64,000 bases of DNA, from positions 10,766 through 74,765 of IMG/VR virus record IMGVR_UViG_3300035150_000164. One strand, given 5' to 3'. A program made the position numbers and the translations under genes. How positions within the stretch are numbered: position 1 is the first letter of the stretch; each line of letters opens with the position of its first letter. Below the pieces are notes generated by a model. It ran no database searches. It worked only from the letters and a program-made list of their open reading frames with translations, and had not been told where the DNA came from. Origin of the DNA: a virus. Below are positions 28,798-39,589 of the stretch, piece by piece.

Positions 28798-29739
28798 CTA
28801 TTCGTTTCCCAAATCTTCCGTCTTCTCAAGATTCTCAAGACTCTTTGTTATCAATGAAGTGATCGGCTCTAACTCTGCAATAAATTCACTCCCATCCATA
28901 ACATCTTCATCCAAACGTCCTACATCATATGCATCCAGCATATTTTCAACAGCATCCTCGTATATCTGGGTAACTACCTGATCTACAAATTCCTCATTCA
29001 GCAATTCAACTATATTAACACAATGCTCTACAATATCATCCCTAACACTAACATTATCATTACCATGTACACCCTCTGCTACCTGCATAAGATCCTGTGC
29101 AAATGGAGAAATCAAATCTTCACGGCGCATAGCTCCTCTACGCTTCTCAGCACGGAAACTACGCATCTTACTCATAGTCCCCTTTCCACCACGACTCCAT
29201 TTTTTCTTCTTCCTGCTCTCCTTACGTAGTTTACCCATCCCACCAGATACAATATGAGCTGGCCTACACTGGGGACGCCCTCCGCCACTACCTACAGATA
29301 CCGCACGCTGTCCCTTTGGACACTGAAAACTCATCTTCCTAGCAGTAGACTTTGCCTTAAATCTACGCTGCCTAGTCGCTGCACCCTCTTTCAAAAGCAC
29401 CACAACTCGCTCAGCATGCTCTCTTAACTCATCATCCCCATCAGGCAATTTCTTTTCTGAAAGCTCGTTCAAAAGCTCCTCAAAATCAGACTCTTCCATC
29501 GCATCAAAAGGCAAAGCCTCTATACGATCAAAAAGTTCTTTCGTAACATAAAGTCCATCAATAGGATCATCAGAATCCTCATCAACTTTCTGCTCTTCTT
29601 GCTGCTCTTCTTGCTCTGGCTCTGGCTCTGGCTCATCTAATTCACCACTAGGTGTTGCTCTAATGTTACCAATAATAACATTAGAACTAATACCCAGTTG
29701 TTCCAAATCTTCCTGTAATGTTGTTTTAAAACGACCCAT
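28798..29739 (-). CDS. Probable prohead core protein
   Basis: Acidic/basic blocks; between portal and protease. Confidence 0.55.
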   Translation of the reverse strand: MGRFKTTLQEDLEQLGISSNVIIGNIRATPSGELDEPEPEPEQEEQQEEQKVDEDSDDPIDGLYVTKELFDRIEALPFDAMEESDFEELLNELSEKKLPDGDDELREHAERVVVLLKEGAATRQRRFKAKSTARKMSFQCPKGQRAVSVGSGGGRPQCRPAHIVSGGMGKLRKESRKKKKWSRGGKGTMSKMRSFRAEKRRGAMRREDLISPFAQDLMQVAEGVHGNDNVSVRDDIVEHCVNIVELLNEEFVDQVVTQIYEDAVENMLDAYDVGRLDEDVMDGSEFIAELEPITSLITKSLENLEKTEDLGNE

Positions 29740-29744
29740 GTTAA

Positions 29745-30614
29745 TTACTCCTTGTCGTTAGATTGTGCCTTCATACCAATATATTCAGACACAAGCGCCA
29801 TTGTCCTAGCTCGGTCGGCCAACCTATCATGTGCCTTCGCTACTAATGGCAAATCACCGTCTTGCCCTGACAACTTATCGGCCTTACCAAGCAGACCAAC
29901 TATAGCCTGCGACTCAGCAATCAACGATTCACGTACGGCACTTAAAAACTCTTGTTTCTCACTAAATGAAAGACCCTGGCATTTTGTTATGAATCCAGAG
30001 TATAACTCATTAATAATATTGATAGAATCATATATTTCCTTCTTGAATTCTAATAACCTGTTCTCCGCTAATCTCGAATAATGCGTCTTAGGAACTTGAC
30101 CTTCTATATCTCTAATACGACCATGTAAACTAGTCCTAATCCGCTCAATATTCGCATCATACATCTTGTACCATTCGGAATCTTCACCTGTAGCCTCATT
30201 AATAGATGATACAATATCAGACATCCAATACATCTCATCCTTACGTACAAAGGGAATCAACTCACGAACTTGAGTTCGTATAGCTTCCGTTATACCATTT
30301 CCATTCATAAGCAGATTGGTAATTTTCATCAATTCACCAGCTACATGAAAAGGTATGTTGTCATCCTCAATTACCGGTATCGCCTTAGATGCATTGTTGC
30401 TCTTTATCTCAAGAACTCCGTCTTCATTAATGTAGTACGATATTTTCCTGAGACCTTTATCCTTATCAAAAGCCAAAACATAATCTTCAAACGTTGCAAC
30501 TATATTCAACGGACTATCATATTTAAATTGTACTAGGTGCTTCACCGTATCAAGACGCTTCTCAATGCTATTTTTTTTCGCTTTTTCAATTGCTGAACCT
30601 TGAATAAATGGCAT
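29745..30614 (-). CDS. Hypothetical head morphogenesis protein
   Basis: Directly after the portal; helical. Confidence 0.55.
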   Translation of the reverse strand: MPFIQGSAIEKAKKNSIEKRLDTVKHLVQFKYDSPLNIVATFEDYVLAFDKDKGLRKISYYINEDGVLEIKSNNASKAIPVIEDDNIPFHVAGELMKITNLLMNGNGITEAIRTQVRELIPFVRKDEMYWMSDIVSSINEATGEDSEWYKMYDANIERIRTSLHGRIRDIEGQVPKTHYSRLAENRLLEFKKEIYDSINIINELYSGFITKCQGLSFSEKQEFLSAVRESLIAESQAIVGLLGKADKLSGQDGDLPLVAKAHDRLADRARTMALVSEYIGMKAQSNDKE

Positions 30615-32309
30615 TTACTTAACTCCCGATACTCGCCTTCTGTCAATTCTCCTAATAGCCTTACTCACTTTCGGATCAATCTCCTCTACTTTTTTTAACA
30701 TCCTACTGGATGTTTGTATAGTTTCCTGAACCGACTCTTTAATTTTATCAAGTTTTTCCAATACGTCAACATCTTCTGTCTTATTATTATCATCTTGATT
30801 CGGAATTCTTACAGACCTTGTGCCAGATCTGCCATCCTGCCACCTCGGAATTTCTACACCAGGATACTTACGCTGTATCATCGCCATAACCCTAGCATCA
30901 TCGTTCATTTTCTTCTCATTTTCACTACTCTTATCATTAACTACTACAACAGCATCATCTTGGCTCATGTGAAGAACATTCTGTAACAACCATTCTTCTG
31001 AGAAATACTGACTTAACGTTTCTATCAATCCGGCCTGTGCATTCATTACCTCTATCTGCTGAAGCTCAAAAATGCTACTAGGAACTGTCATCCTCATCTC
31101 CCATTCAACAGTATCCGGATCTATATCCAAAGCCGCTAGGTGAACCCTTATAATCTGCCTCATTCCGTTTTTGAACTCTCTCTGTACACGCATGCAAGTT
31201 CTTGCAAATCTAACATCCTTCTGAGCAAGCCCCTGTTCTGCCTCTGCATCCCCTCCGTAATAACTTCTAGGTATCTTCAGGGCTGTAAACATTTTTTCTC
31301 TGAAATATTCTATAGAATCGTTTGACTGCCAATCAGGACCAGATAATACTTCTACCCTGCTAGATTCCTTCCCTCCCCTTGTGGCAACCCATACATCATC
31401 TTCTGGTGACAAAGCGTTGTGTCTAAAATCTATCTCCCCAGTAGACGGATTAACAAGCGTTCTTTTCTTATATTGTCTACGTGCCTTTTTTAATACAGCA
31501 TTAGCCTCTGCTGGTGGTAAATCGCCAGTATCAACATAAAATATGTACCTTCCAGGAGATCTGCTAAGCATATATATTAATGATGTATCCTCCAACATCA
31601 CCAAGCGTTTCCAAATCCAACGCGCAGCCTCCATTGTAGACCACCCATATAACGATTGAATAAACTTAGATCTCAACCTCCAGTGAACAATCTCCCAGGG
31701 CTCAAAAAATATCATCCCCCGCTCTTCAGCTTTTTTCTTTATAGATTCAACTGTCTCGTCATCCTTTATACTGATACCGAATCTTCCTGACATATCCTGA
31801 AGATATCCAATTAACCCACCCTTAGCATCTACCAACCTTCTAACCGTTGGCACTGGCAAAAAATTAAGACCTACCACTCCCCTTTCTGTAACAACTATTT
31901 CTGCATATAAATTTCCATACTTACAAAGCGCCCTTACCGCAATCCAAATATCATCCTCTATCCTAAGCCTTCGGTGTAGACAATCATTAATTATGTTTCG
32001 AAGTAAATTATCCTTAGACTCTGCCCATATACTCTTCCCCCTAACACTATCTGGTATAGTACTGTCATCAGCCATTATATCCAAACTCGCACTGAGTTCA
32101 GGGTAATCATCCATATCCTCGTAATCACTATATCTTTGTAACAACGCATGATCTATAGAAATAGACTCAGATATGGACTTCATCATGCCACCAGGTGCAA
32201 ACGCCTCACTAGAAGTAGGATCATCTACCGTCTTACCACGTCCACCTTCAGCAGCCTGATACGCCTTATCCCTCTTGAATAATCTAGCTATTGACTCTTT
32301 AAATCCCAT
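30615..32309 (-). CDS. Portal protein (T4 gp20-like)
   Basis: MDDYPE, WKRLVMLED...Y..SRSP.R.IFYVDTGDLP, ALKIP, RFAR...RVQ. Confidence 0.95.
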   Translation of the reverse strand: MGFKESIARLFKRDKAYQAAEGGRGKTVDDPTSSEAFAPGGMMKSISESISIDHALLQRYSDYEDMDDYPELSASLDIMADDSTIPDSVRGKSIWAESKDNLLRNIINDCLHRRLRIEDDIWIAVRALCKYGNLYAEIVVTERGVVGLNFLPVPTVRRLVDAKGGLIGYLQDMSGRFGISIKDDETVESIKKKAEERGMIFFEPWEIVHWRLRSKFIQSLYGWSTMEAARWIWKRLVMLEDTSLIYMLSRSPGRYIFYVDTGDLPPAEANAVLKKARRQYKKRTLVNPSTGEIDFRHNALSPEDDVWVATRGGKESSRVEVLSGPDWQSNDSIEYFREKMFTALKIPRSYYGGDAEAEQGLAQKDVRFARTCMRVQREFKNGMRQIIRVHLAALDIDPDTVEWEMRMTVPSSIFELQQIEVMNAQAGLIETLSQYFSEEWLLQNVLHMSQDDAVVVVNDKSSENEKKMNDDARVMAMIQRKYPGVEIPRWQDGRSGTRSVRIPNQDDNNKTEDVDVLEKLDKIKESVQETIQTSSRMLKKVEEIDPKVSKAIRRIDRRRVSGVK

Positions 32310-32317
32310 TACTTATA

Positions 32318-32346
32318 ATTTTACCACTCATATTTTCTTTACTCAA
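32318..32346 (-). promoter_or_regulatory. Candidate portal promoter, abutted by the palindrome at 32347
   Basis: TTGAGT-17-TAAAAT. Confidence 0.5.
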
Positions 32347-32585
32347 CGAACTTAAGTTCGCTTACATATCAAAAAAATGGCTCAGGATCATCTCCTTCAG
32401 ATTCCATTTTTTTCATTAAACTAATGAACGATTCATAAGAAATATAATCTTCATTATCACAACTTATACTATTTTCTTCTCTATTAATATATATTTTATC
32501 CTTCAACATCAAAATAGCCTTCATGTGAACTCAAGTTCGTCATGAGTCATATACATTATGACTAAAAATGTATTCATTGTACAGT

Positions 32586-33044
32586 TTATTTGTTTGTTAA
32601 ACCATCTGCCTCCTTATCGCTTATGACAACAACATGCATGTCGCTGCCAACAATAATGACTTTCGTATCAGGAAAGACCTCTTTGAATGCCCTCAATATT
32701 ATTTTTGCCTGTTTTTCCTGAATACCCTCAAGACTCCTGTCCATCGGGGGAAGCGTTACCAGAAGAACCTCACCCGGCCGAATGTTCATCCGCCGAATAT
32801 CCTGGACCCCGCTACTGTCCGAGGAAAAGACGGGCACAAGATGATCTTCTTGAATACTCTCAAAGTATTCACAATGCCCTGTAAACACTAAGTTGTGCTT
32901 TTCCATTAAAAGCGTAAGAACATGGCCATCTTTTCCTACAACCTTGTATTCAGATGAGCCGCGTATCTCCATTCTTGTTACATCAGAATCATTAACAAAA
33001 ACAGTAAGATCGTGCTTTACCCTTACCTTGTCGCCTATTTTCAT
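32586..33044 (-). CDS. Hypothetical protein with SH3/KOW-like N-terminus
   Basis: MKIGDKVRVK. Confidence 0.6.
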   Translation of the reverse strand: MKIGDKVRVKHDLTVFVNDSDVTRMEIRGSSEYKVVGKDGHVLTLLMEKHNLVFTGHCEYFESIQEDHLVPVFSSDSSGVQDIRRMNIRPGEVLLVTLPPMDRSLEGIQEKQAKIILRAFKEVFPDTKVIIVGSDMHVVVISDKEADGLTNK

Positions 33045-33114
33045 GTCCGCACCTATATATCATCTTTCAACTACGAACTTAAGTTCGTTCATATATGATT
33101 CAAGCATATCAAAA

Positions 33115-33411
33115 TCAGACACCACCAGTGCCTGTAATCCCAATGGTATTTGATATTCTACAATATTTAAACGGTACTCCAGGCTCTGGAATAGTCAAAT
33201 GATCACTTTTATAATAGTCAATAACCTCTTTCGTAACCTCTCGAAGTAGTGAAATAGCATTTTCTGGACTATCTCCCGTCGCACTACAAGAAACTTTACC
33301 AAACTCAGGATGATAAGCCATATAGTATTCATCACCATCATCATTGATATAATCTATTATAATTGAATACTTATCTATAAAACTTCTCATATTATTCACT
33401 CCTTGTACCAT
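33115..33411 (-). CDS. hicB: HicB-like antitoxin, N-terminal domain only
   Basis: Y.I.I....D...YY.A.HPE.....SATGDSPE.A...L.E.......IPEP. Confidence 0.75.
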   Translation of the reverse strand: MVQGVNNMRSFIDKYSIIIDYINDDGDEYYMAYHPEFGKVSCSATGDSPENAISLLREVTKEVIDYYKSDHLTIPEPGVPFKYCRISNTIGITGTGGV

Positions 33412-33975
33412 TTAATAATGTCTTATTTCCCATATCAAAGTATTTCTATCTTGATAAATACCAACATGTCCTGCCAAAACAGAAAACTCTATAACAGGAT
33501 ATCTACCGTCATCAGTATACATGTCAAATAACTCCATCAGATCATCAAAATCTGCTGGTGTACAGTAATTCCTAAGCAATCTTAACACTTCCCACCCATA
33601 TACATGATGTCCATCGTCAAGCAATGCCTTTCGCATATATCCACCAGTATGAGTATAGTACATCCACCATTCACCATTCACCCAACTCAACTCTCCCTGT
33701 ATTTTACGATTACAATCGTCATTACCAATCGGTATACTGTTAATAACATAATCCCCTTCAGCAATATCACTAACTACCTCTTTCAACTGTTTAAAATGAG
33801 TATATGGAGAAACAGGTTTGTTTATCCTTAATCTCCTTACAGACACATATGGATACAATTTTCTGTACGGCCAATAATCATCTACCGACATCCACATGTT
33901 AGGAGTATTTCCACATTTCCCGGAGGAAGCCAATTTATAAAATGTCCTTTTGTTTCTAATCATCATACCCCTCAA
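33412..33975 (-). CDS. Hypothetical protein
   Basis: Co-oriented ORF. Confidence 0.6.
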   Translation of the reverse strand: MRGMMIRNKRTFYKLASSGKCGNTPNMWMSVDDYWPYRKLYPYVSVRRLRINKPVSPYTHFKQLKEVVSDIAEGDYVINSIPIGNDDCNRKIQGELSWVNGEWWMYYTHTGGYMRKALLDDGHHVYGWEVLRLLRNYCTPADFDDLMELFDMYTDDGRYPVIEFSVLAGHVGIYQDRNTLIWEIRHY

Positions 33976-34184
33976 ACGAACTCAAGTTCGCTTCTACATA
34001 AAAAAACTATCATAACATCCTTTTTCAATACCCAAAACGGTCTAGAACCTTCATCGACAGGGATAACGTAAATATCATTATTGTACATAGCATCAACTAC
34101 AAAAAAACCATCCCTTTCATTTATCGTTACAACACAACCTATATCTAATCTATTCTTATCAAAATATTGGATCATCATCACCAA
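33972..34184 (-). CDS. Small hypothetical protein
   Basis: Co-oriented; ends within a palindrome copy (SELEFV). Confidence 0.45.
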   Translation of the reverse strand: MVMMIQYFDKNRLDIGCVVTINERDGFFVVDAMYNNDIYVIPVDEGSRPFWVLKKDVMIVFLCRSELEFV

Positions 34185-36219
34185 ACATTATAGGCATAAA
34201 ACCCTCTGCACTGCCACCTTCTTTCGTCATTCTTATCTCTTCTGGATTTATTTGATCAGATGGAATCAACGGTGAAACCCATGCATGCTCATGTGATCTA
34301 ACCTTCTTCTCTTCTATTAATCCATTCATAGGCATCTTTGTAGCAGAATTTCTAAGACCCCATAACGCACCACAAACTGCATCACTACAATCCTTACTTT
34401 CGTGTTGAGGGTGGTCTACTTTCCCTAATAACCTGTCATATTCCAATTTTTTTAGCTCATGAACTAAAGGCTCATAAGGATACAACTCTATACGCTTTTC
34501 ATACAAAGCACTCTTCAACTCATCATAAGGCTCTGTCGTCCTATCTACAGATATTAAATGAGACGCTATTCCTTTTCTTCTAACCTGCTGTAACATTTCA
34601 CTACTTTGAAATTGGTCGCACGAGAACCCTATAAACCTAAATCCATGCTCCTCAAACTGGTATAACATAGTCCTTAGATCAGGCATGTATATCTGTTCTG
34701 ACGGTGGAGGCCATATTCTCAACATAAAATCAATAACGTAAAATGGCGCTATATCAACATCCCTATTACCCTCGCTATCTCTCCTCACCACATCAACCCA
34801 TCGCTCTATATGAGCAATACAAAAACCGCTACAATCACCAGAAATAGACGTATCTATATGACACCATCTCAATGTAGAAGGATTTCTCCTAGGCCTATAC
34901 GCTGGCTCTGTAAACCCTCCAGGTAACTGCCTCTCATATTTTATACACAATTCATTCCAATTAAACGATCCTGGACTACCTGATATCCACTCTTCCTTAC
35001 TAAAAGGATGTTCTCTCTCAAAATTCGTACATACCTGTATCATCTTAGGTCGCTGAATAAACTGTGACACAGCCTCTGTAGAAAAACCTGCAATGTCTCT
35101 AAGAGAGTCTTCCATATTTGATTCAAAATCATCCCTAAACTCTACAGGGATATCCATTACAAAAGCATCGTTAGCCTCTAAATATTCATCTGTTATTAAA
35201 TCATATTCGTCTTCGCTTAATATCCTACTAGCTATCGCTGATGTTGAACATAAAACATAAAAAACATCTCCACAAAAATTTTCAGATGGCTTTGCCGTCC
35301 ACTGAGTATGATCCGTCAAGAAAAATTCAGGATCATCTTTCCTCTCTTTTATTATCCTTTCGGTGAATGACTCCGTGGTAGCAGCAGACGATACCAATAT
35401 CATCATTCCATTAAAACCACCCCCTGCTTTTTGGAATCTAGATTTGATCCTCCTCAACAACCCCCTATACATCTTCTCTACTATATCAAAATGCCCAGGC
35501 CTAAGTTTTTGCCCAAATCCAGTAGTAATCTGCTGACCTTTTCGATTTGGTGGAAAATTTGTTTCATCAAGAACAACACTTATGACGTCAGTTCCCAAGA
35601 TTCTATCAGATACATAACTCGCAATATTTATCCTGACATTGTTAGGAAAGAGTGTATAATCTTTTCTAAAGTCAGGTGCACATTTTGTCATAAAATATGG
35701 ACTCTGCTTTATCTTCTCATCTACAGCAGTTTTCAATACATCTCTTGCTAGCACCAGGTTCTTTGATACCAGTGGTATTACCAACGTACTTGCAGGAGAT
35801 AATCCTAACGTCTTTTGTGGAGATATCATACACGAAAACTCATATACCAACCTACATATAGCTATAGATGCTGCATAGGATTTTCCAACTCCAATCGATC
35901 CTGTATTAAGAACCTCCCTGTATGGTCGCTTGAATAAACGTATCAAATCATCACGTATCGCTGGATATATTGTTGAACAGGCATCACCTAGATAATAAGG
36001 ATCATCCAAAAACTGCTCCATAGATACAGGAATTGTATGATAAGTATGCCTCTCTATCTCTTCACTCATTTTGATGTCATCACACATATCCTTCTGAAGT
36101 GCCATCATCAAAATTCGTTCATTCTCAGTCAACCCAGATATTAAGGCATCAGTCCTAGCATCTATTTCACTAGGTGTTGTTATGGATTTTCTCCTACCGT
36201 TTTTTTGCGTTTTTATCAT
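34159..36219 (-). CDS. terL: Terminase large subunit
   Basis: FLDDPYYLG, Walker A GSIGVGKS, Walker B VVLDE, nuclease HIDTS..D, DHP...KDCSDA. Confidence 0.92.
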   Translation of the reverse strand: MIKTQKNGRRKSITTPSEIDARTDALISGLTENERILMMALQKDMCDDIKMSEEIERHTYHTIPVSMEQFLDDPYYLGDACSTIYPAIRDDLIRLFKRPYREVLNTGSIGVGKSYAASIAICRLVYEFSCMISPQKTLGLSPASTLVIPLVSKNLVLARDVLKTAVDEKIKQSPYFMTKCAPDFRKDYTLFPNNVRINIASYVSDRILGTDVISVVLDETNFPPNRKGQQITTGFGQKLRPGHFDIVEKMYRGLLRRIKSRFQKAGGGFNGMMILVSSAATTESFTERIIKERKDDPEFFLTDHTQWTAKPSENFCGDVFYVLCSTSAIASRILSEDEYDLITDEYLEANDAFVMDIPVEFRDDFESNMEDSLRDIAGFSTEAVSQFIQRPKMIQVCTNFEREHPFSKEEWISGSPGSFNWNELCIKYERQLPGGFTEPAYRPRRNPSTLRWCHIDTSISGDCSGFCIAHIERWVDVVRRDSEGNRDVDIAPFYVIDFMLRIWPPPSEQIYMPDLRTMLYQFEEHGFRFIGFSCDQFQSSEMLQQVRRKGIASHLISVDRTTEPYDELKSALYEKRIELYPYEPLVHELKKLEYDRLLGKVDHPQHESKDCSDAVCGALWGLRNSATKMPMNGLIEEKKVRSHEHAWVSPLIPSDQINPEEIRMTKEGGSAEGFMPIMFGDDDPIF

Positions 36220-36325
36220 CTATATCAACTATACTAAAAAACAACTCATATTTCACAAGTCAACATTACTATAATGCTAACATGTACACCTTTTATTTTT
36301 CAATATTAAAAATGACAAATAGGAA

Positions 36326-36562
36326 CTATATATCTGTAGACATTCTCAATCTCCAAGACAAGTCAATTTCCTTCTTGTTATCAACGCAGTCTCTCAAATA
36401 AAGATTGATTAGTGCCTTATACGGTATGCCGCTTTTGTCCGATAACTCCTTAAAGTACTCAATCACTTGGATATCAAACCTAATAGAGACTTGTTTTTTC
36501 AACCTAGAGACATATGGGTTGCGTTTCCCTTTTGGGATCAATTCTGAATAGTAATCTCTCAT
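36326..36562 (-). CDS. BrnA-like antitoxin (orphan)
   Basis: MRDYY...KRNPY..RLKKQVSIR.D..VIEYFK......GIPY..LINLYLRDC; start placed at 36562. Confidence 0.75.
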   Translation of the reverse strand: MRDYYSELIPKGKRNPYVSRLKKQVSIRFDIQVIEYFKELSDKSGIPYKALINLYLRDCVDNKKEIDLSWRLRMSTDI

Positions 36563-37268
36563 CGTTACATTCAAGTTCCTCGGCAGACTGGTGCCGAATG
36601 TTCCACACCCATGGGTTTTTCGACCACGGGTATCCCCTCTTGGCATTTAATGAGTCCCAGAGTGAAATGAACTCATCCAATTTCCGCACTTCAGATTCGC
36701 AATCGAGATGACCAAATTGGATTGGATCCAAACCTTCTTGTATGATTTCATGAGCCTCAATCTGCCAAATCCGCCGCGCCTCAATGCTAATAATCTCTGG
36801 CGCGGGCATCATATCGCGGAGCCAGCCTGGCATGTGCAGCGGGGAACGGATTCGGCCGAACCAGTCCGGTTTTTGGCCGTCGAAGGAGGTCCAGATTCTG
36901 GAACGCAATATCCGGGGCAACTGAGACGGCGCCTTTTTGTCATACTGCAGATCCACAGCCCATGTAGTGAGAAGCTGTAGACGGTCCCCGGGGCCGCCGT
37001 AGGGGCACTTGTATTCCGGTATTTTCTTTTTTTTAATATCCGGCGGCCCCATTATCCTGCCCCATTTATTTAGGCGTTCAGCGGCATATTCGAAAACCCT
37101 TTTCTCGCCGTGCTTGAAAGCATTTGTCACCCATTTGGGCCAATTTATAACCCGCTGCGTCCGGCACTTCTCCCCTGCAGCGTAACGTTGAGCGCTCCAT
37201 TGGGAATATATAATATTTTTAACTTTAGACATCGCAGTTACCATAAGCGAGCCATGCATTTGGGACAA
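36504..37268 (-). CDS. ASCH/PUA-like protein
   Basis: GEKCRTQRV, CPYG.PGDRL, P.HMP.W, W..NPWVW.I. Confidence 0.7.
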   Translation of the reverse strand: MSQMHGSLMVTAMSKVKNIIYSQWSAQRYAAGEKCRTQRVINWPKWVTNAFKHGEKRVFEYAAERLNKWGRIMGPPDIKKKKIPEYKCPYGGPGDRLQLLTTWAVDLQYDKKAPSQLPRILRSRIWTSFDGQKPDWFGRIRSPLHMPGWLRDMMPAPEIISIEARRIWQIEAHEIIQEGLDPIQFGHLDCESEVRKLDEFISLWDSLNAKRGYPWSKNPWVWNIRHQSAEELECNDERLLFRIDPKRETQPICL

Positions 37269-37645
37269 TATGCTTGTCCAGTGTCTATATTACATAACCA
37301 CCCTTGATAAATCGCCATATCTCTCAATTCACGCAAAGTATTAACCTCGGCTATAAAAACAGAATCACAACATTTGTCTCCTATTATACCATCACAAAAG
37401 ATCGGCAGGACACAAGGGCCACCGCGAAAAATGTACCCCTGCGATCGACACGTTTCTCCCTCAAAATTTTCAACCGAGCAAAGAAAGCTTGGACTGGTGG
37501 TCTCTGCGATGGCAAATACATCATTCTGTTTCAACCATGTAGTTAGGTTTAAAAGTGTATTGAAAAACTTTGTTTTAATACCACCGTCGTCTATGTTTTC
37601 TAAGACTACGGTGTATCCTCTAAATTCATCATGAGGCTTTATCAT
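37238..37645 (-). CDS. Hypothetical protein
   Basis: Co-oriented; C-terminal YCPKC. Confidence 0.55.
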   Translation of the reverse strand: MIKPHDEFRGYTVVLENIDDGGIKTKFFNTLLNLTTWLKQNDVFAIAETTSPSFLCSVENFEGETCRSQGYIFRGGPCVLPIFCDGIIGDKCCDSVFIAEVNTLRELRDMAIYQGWLCNIDTGQAYCPKCMARLW

Positions 37646-37684
37646 CTTTACCTTACCAATCTAGGATATACAACCAATCCTATG

Positions 37685-37897
37685 TTAGACGTCGGTTAAA
37701 ATCCCAAAACAATCATCAAAACATTTATCGCAACAAGGTGTACAATACGGATTTGGAGAGACAAAATTCATACATTTATTCGACACAATATCCCCACATC
37801 CACATCGATAATGATCTTCGTCAACGTACATCTCATCATATCTTTTTTCAGCGGCATCTTCCATAGATTCAATTACGTCTATCATATCGTCTATCAT
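37685..37897 (-). CDS. Small Cys-rich hypothetical protein
   Basis: CGCG and CDKC. Confidence 0.55.
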   Translation of the reverse strand: MIDDMIDVIESMEDAAEKRYDEMYVDEDHYRCGCGDIVSNKCMNFVSPNPYCTPCCDKCFDDCFGILTDV

Positions 37898-37905
37898 ATC
37901 TAATC

Positions 37906-38139
37906 CTATTCAGGTGGCCAATTGCATCCACTCGTCCAGTCTTTTGGCTTTTCACCAATTGTAACATTAAAGTGTTCATCTTTTGAATTCTTAGCTTCTA
38001 ATTCTGAAATACGCCTTTCTAATTCTTTAATCTTTCTCTCATAATAAATAAATTTTATAGCTATATTTTCGTATACATTACCACCAAATAACTCCATCGT
38101 TTTTTTAAATACTCTTTGCTCTTCCTCTGTGCGTTCCAT
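37906..38139 (-). CDS. Hypothetical protein
   Basis: Co-oriented, coiled coil. Confidence 0.5.
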   Translation of the reverse strand: MERTEEEQRVFKKTMELFGGNVYENIAIKFIYYERKIKELERRISELEAKNSKDEHFNVTIGEKPKDWTSGCNWPPE

Positions 38140-38255
38140 AGTTCACCACCCTTTAGCTAACCCAATAGCCTTAATTACCGCCAAGATAAATGCTACCACC
38201 GTAAGCACTACGGTAACCGGTACGAATATCCTTTCTGTTATCGTTTTTTTCATAA

Positions 38256-38462
38256 CTAATCCAAACCCAAAAGTGTTCTAACCCTCTCTCGTTCTGATTT
38301 CTTTCCTTCCAAAAATGCAGCCTCTACAATATCATATATGATATCACAAGAATCTACCTCAACCCATATGCTATCCATAGCCTTCTGCAATTTTTGAGTT
38401 TTATACGCCTTTAAAGTCCTATACTCTACATCACCAATCTTAAATATCATAAATACCACCAA
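38256..38462 (-). CDS. Hypothetical protein
   Basis: Co-oriented ORF. Confidence 0.5.
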   Translation of the reverse strand: MVVFMIFKIGDVEYRTLKAYKTQKLQKAMDSIWVEVDSCDIIYDIVEAAFLEGKKSERERVRTLLGLD

Positions 38463-38676
38463 ATCATTTCATCACACATATCCTGTATTATCTTTCAGTT
38501 TTATACCTCCTCTTTGGATACTGGTTTAGAAACCGACAACTCTTCCTCAACAACTTCCAATTCTTCAATGCGATTACGCAATGCATTTGAGGCCATTTCT
38601 AGCCACATTATTTCTTCCTCAAGTTGTCCCCGCTTCTTTATGTTACGCATTAAGCTATCCATCAAATCATGCTTGT

Positions 38677-38937
38677 TCATCTTTCATCCTCCATAATACC
38701 TCTAATAAAACTCTGTCCAACAGGAGACCCTAGCCATTGTATTACTGTTGCAGCAACTAAGCGATCCCTCTCTGATACCTCATCGCATTTTGGATAATTT
38801 GAATCATCTGCCAAAAGATATTCTAAGGTTCCATAACTTCTAAGATCTGTAGAATTTTGCATTTCCCATCCTTTAGCAAATTTTTCTTCTAATGGATTAT
38901 CTTTAAAACGATACTGATGTTTCCCTTTGTTTTCCAT
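38677..38937 (-). CDS. Hypothetical phage protein
   Basis: AAAGGA SD; ATVIQWLGSPVG. Confidence 0.65.
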   Translation of the reverse strand: MENKGKHQYRFKDNPLEEKFAKGWEMQNSTDLRSYGTLEYLLADDSNYPKCDEVSERDRLVAATVIQWLGSPVGQSFIRGIMEDER

Positions 38938-39044
38938 TGTTATATTCCTTTCGTTTTAGTATAATATATACGAACTCAAGTTCGCCTTGCCTTCCACCAC
39001 AACTATCTTTTATTAAAAATCAATCTGTTTTCTACCCCTCATTT

Positions 39045-39245
39045 TCACCAACTACATCTAGTTGGTGTTTCCACAACCTTTTTTATCCGTTCGCTCGGAA
39101 TTACGGTTTCTTTCCCATATGCATCTTTGATTATAACAAACCCTTTCTCGTATCTGATTGACGTACACCAGCTTCCACCTGGCCTACTAGTCTCATCAAA
39201 TAATTCTTTGCTACCATCTGTATATTCAACTGTTATTCTCGACAT
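39045..39245 (-). CDS. Hypothetical protein
   Basis: AAAGGT SD. Confidence 0.55.
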   Translation of the reverse strand: MSRITVEYTDGSKELFDETSRPGGSWCTSIRYEKGFVIIKDAYGKETVIPSERIKKVVETPTRCSW

Positions 39246-39286
39246 TTTTTACCTTTCTTACCAATAATTATTTTTCATGACTCCAA

Positions 39287-39589
39287 TCATGCAAATCCAT
39301 CATCCTCTTCGGTCACCACCCAATCTGACGGTCCACGCCTAAAATACGTCACACCCCACAATGGACCATAAATCACTGCTTCCCATTTATTATCTGGATC
39401 TTCTTCAGCCATTTTCTCTGCATCAGCAAGAGTAAACGGTTTGTGCTCTTCTTTTGGTTGAACCCCATGTAGTCCATCATAATAATCCTCACAATCCAAT
39501 ACTACCCTGCCATTCTTTTTTATAACAGCATCGCCAAAACCAACAATGATCGGCGTATCCATATCTACTGAAGAACTCATTTTTCCCAC
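39287..39589 (-). CDS. Hypothetical protein
   Basis: Co-oriented ORF. Confidence 0.55.
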   Translation of the reverse strand: MGKMSSSVDMDTPIIVGFGDAVIKKNGRVVLDCEDYYDGLHGVQPKEEHKPFTLADAEKMAEEDPDNKWEAVIYGPLWGVTYFRRGPSDWVVTEEDDGFA

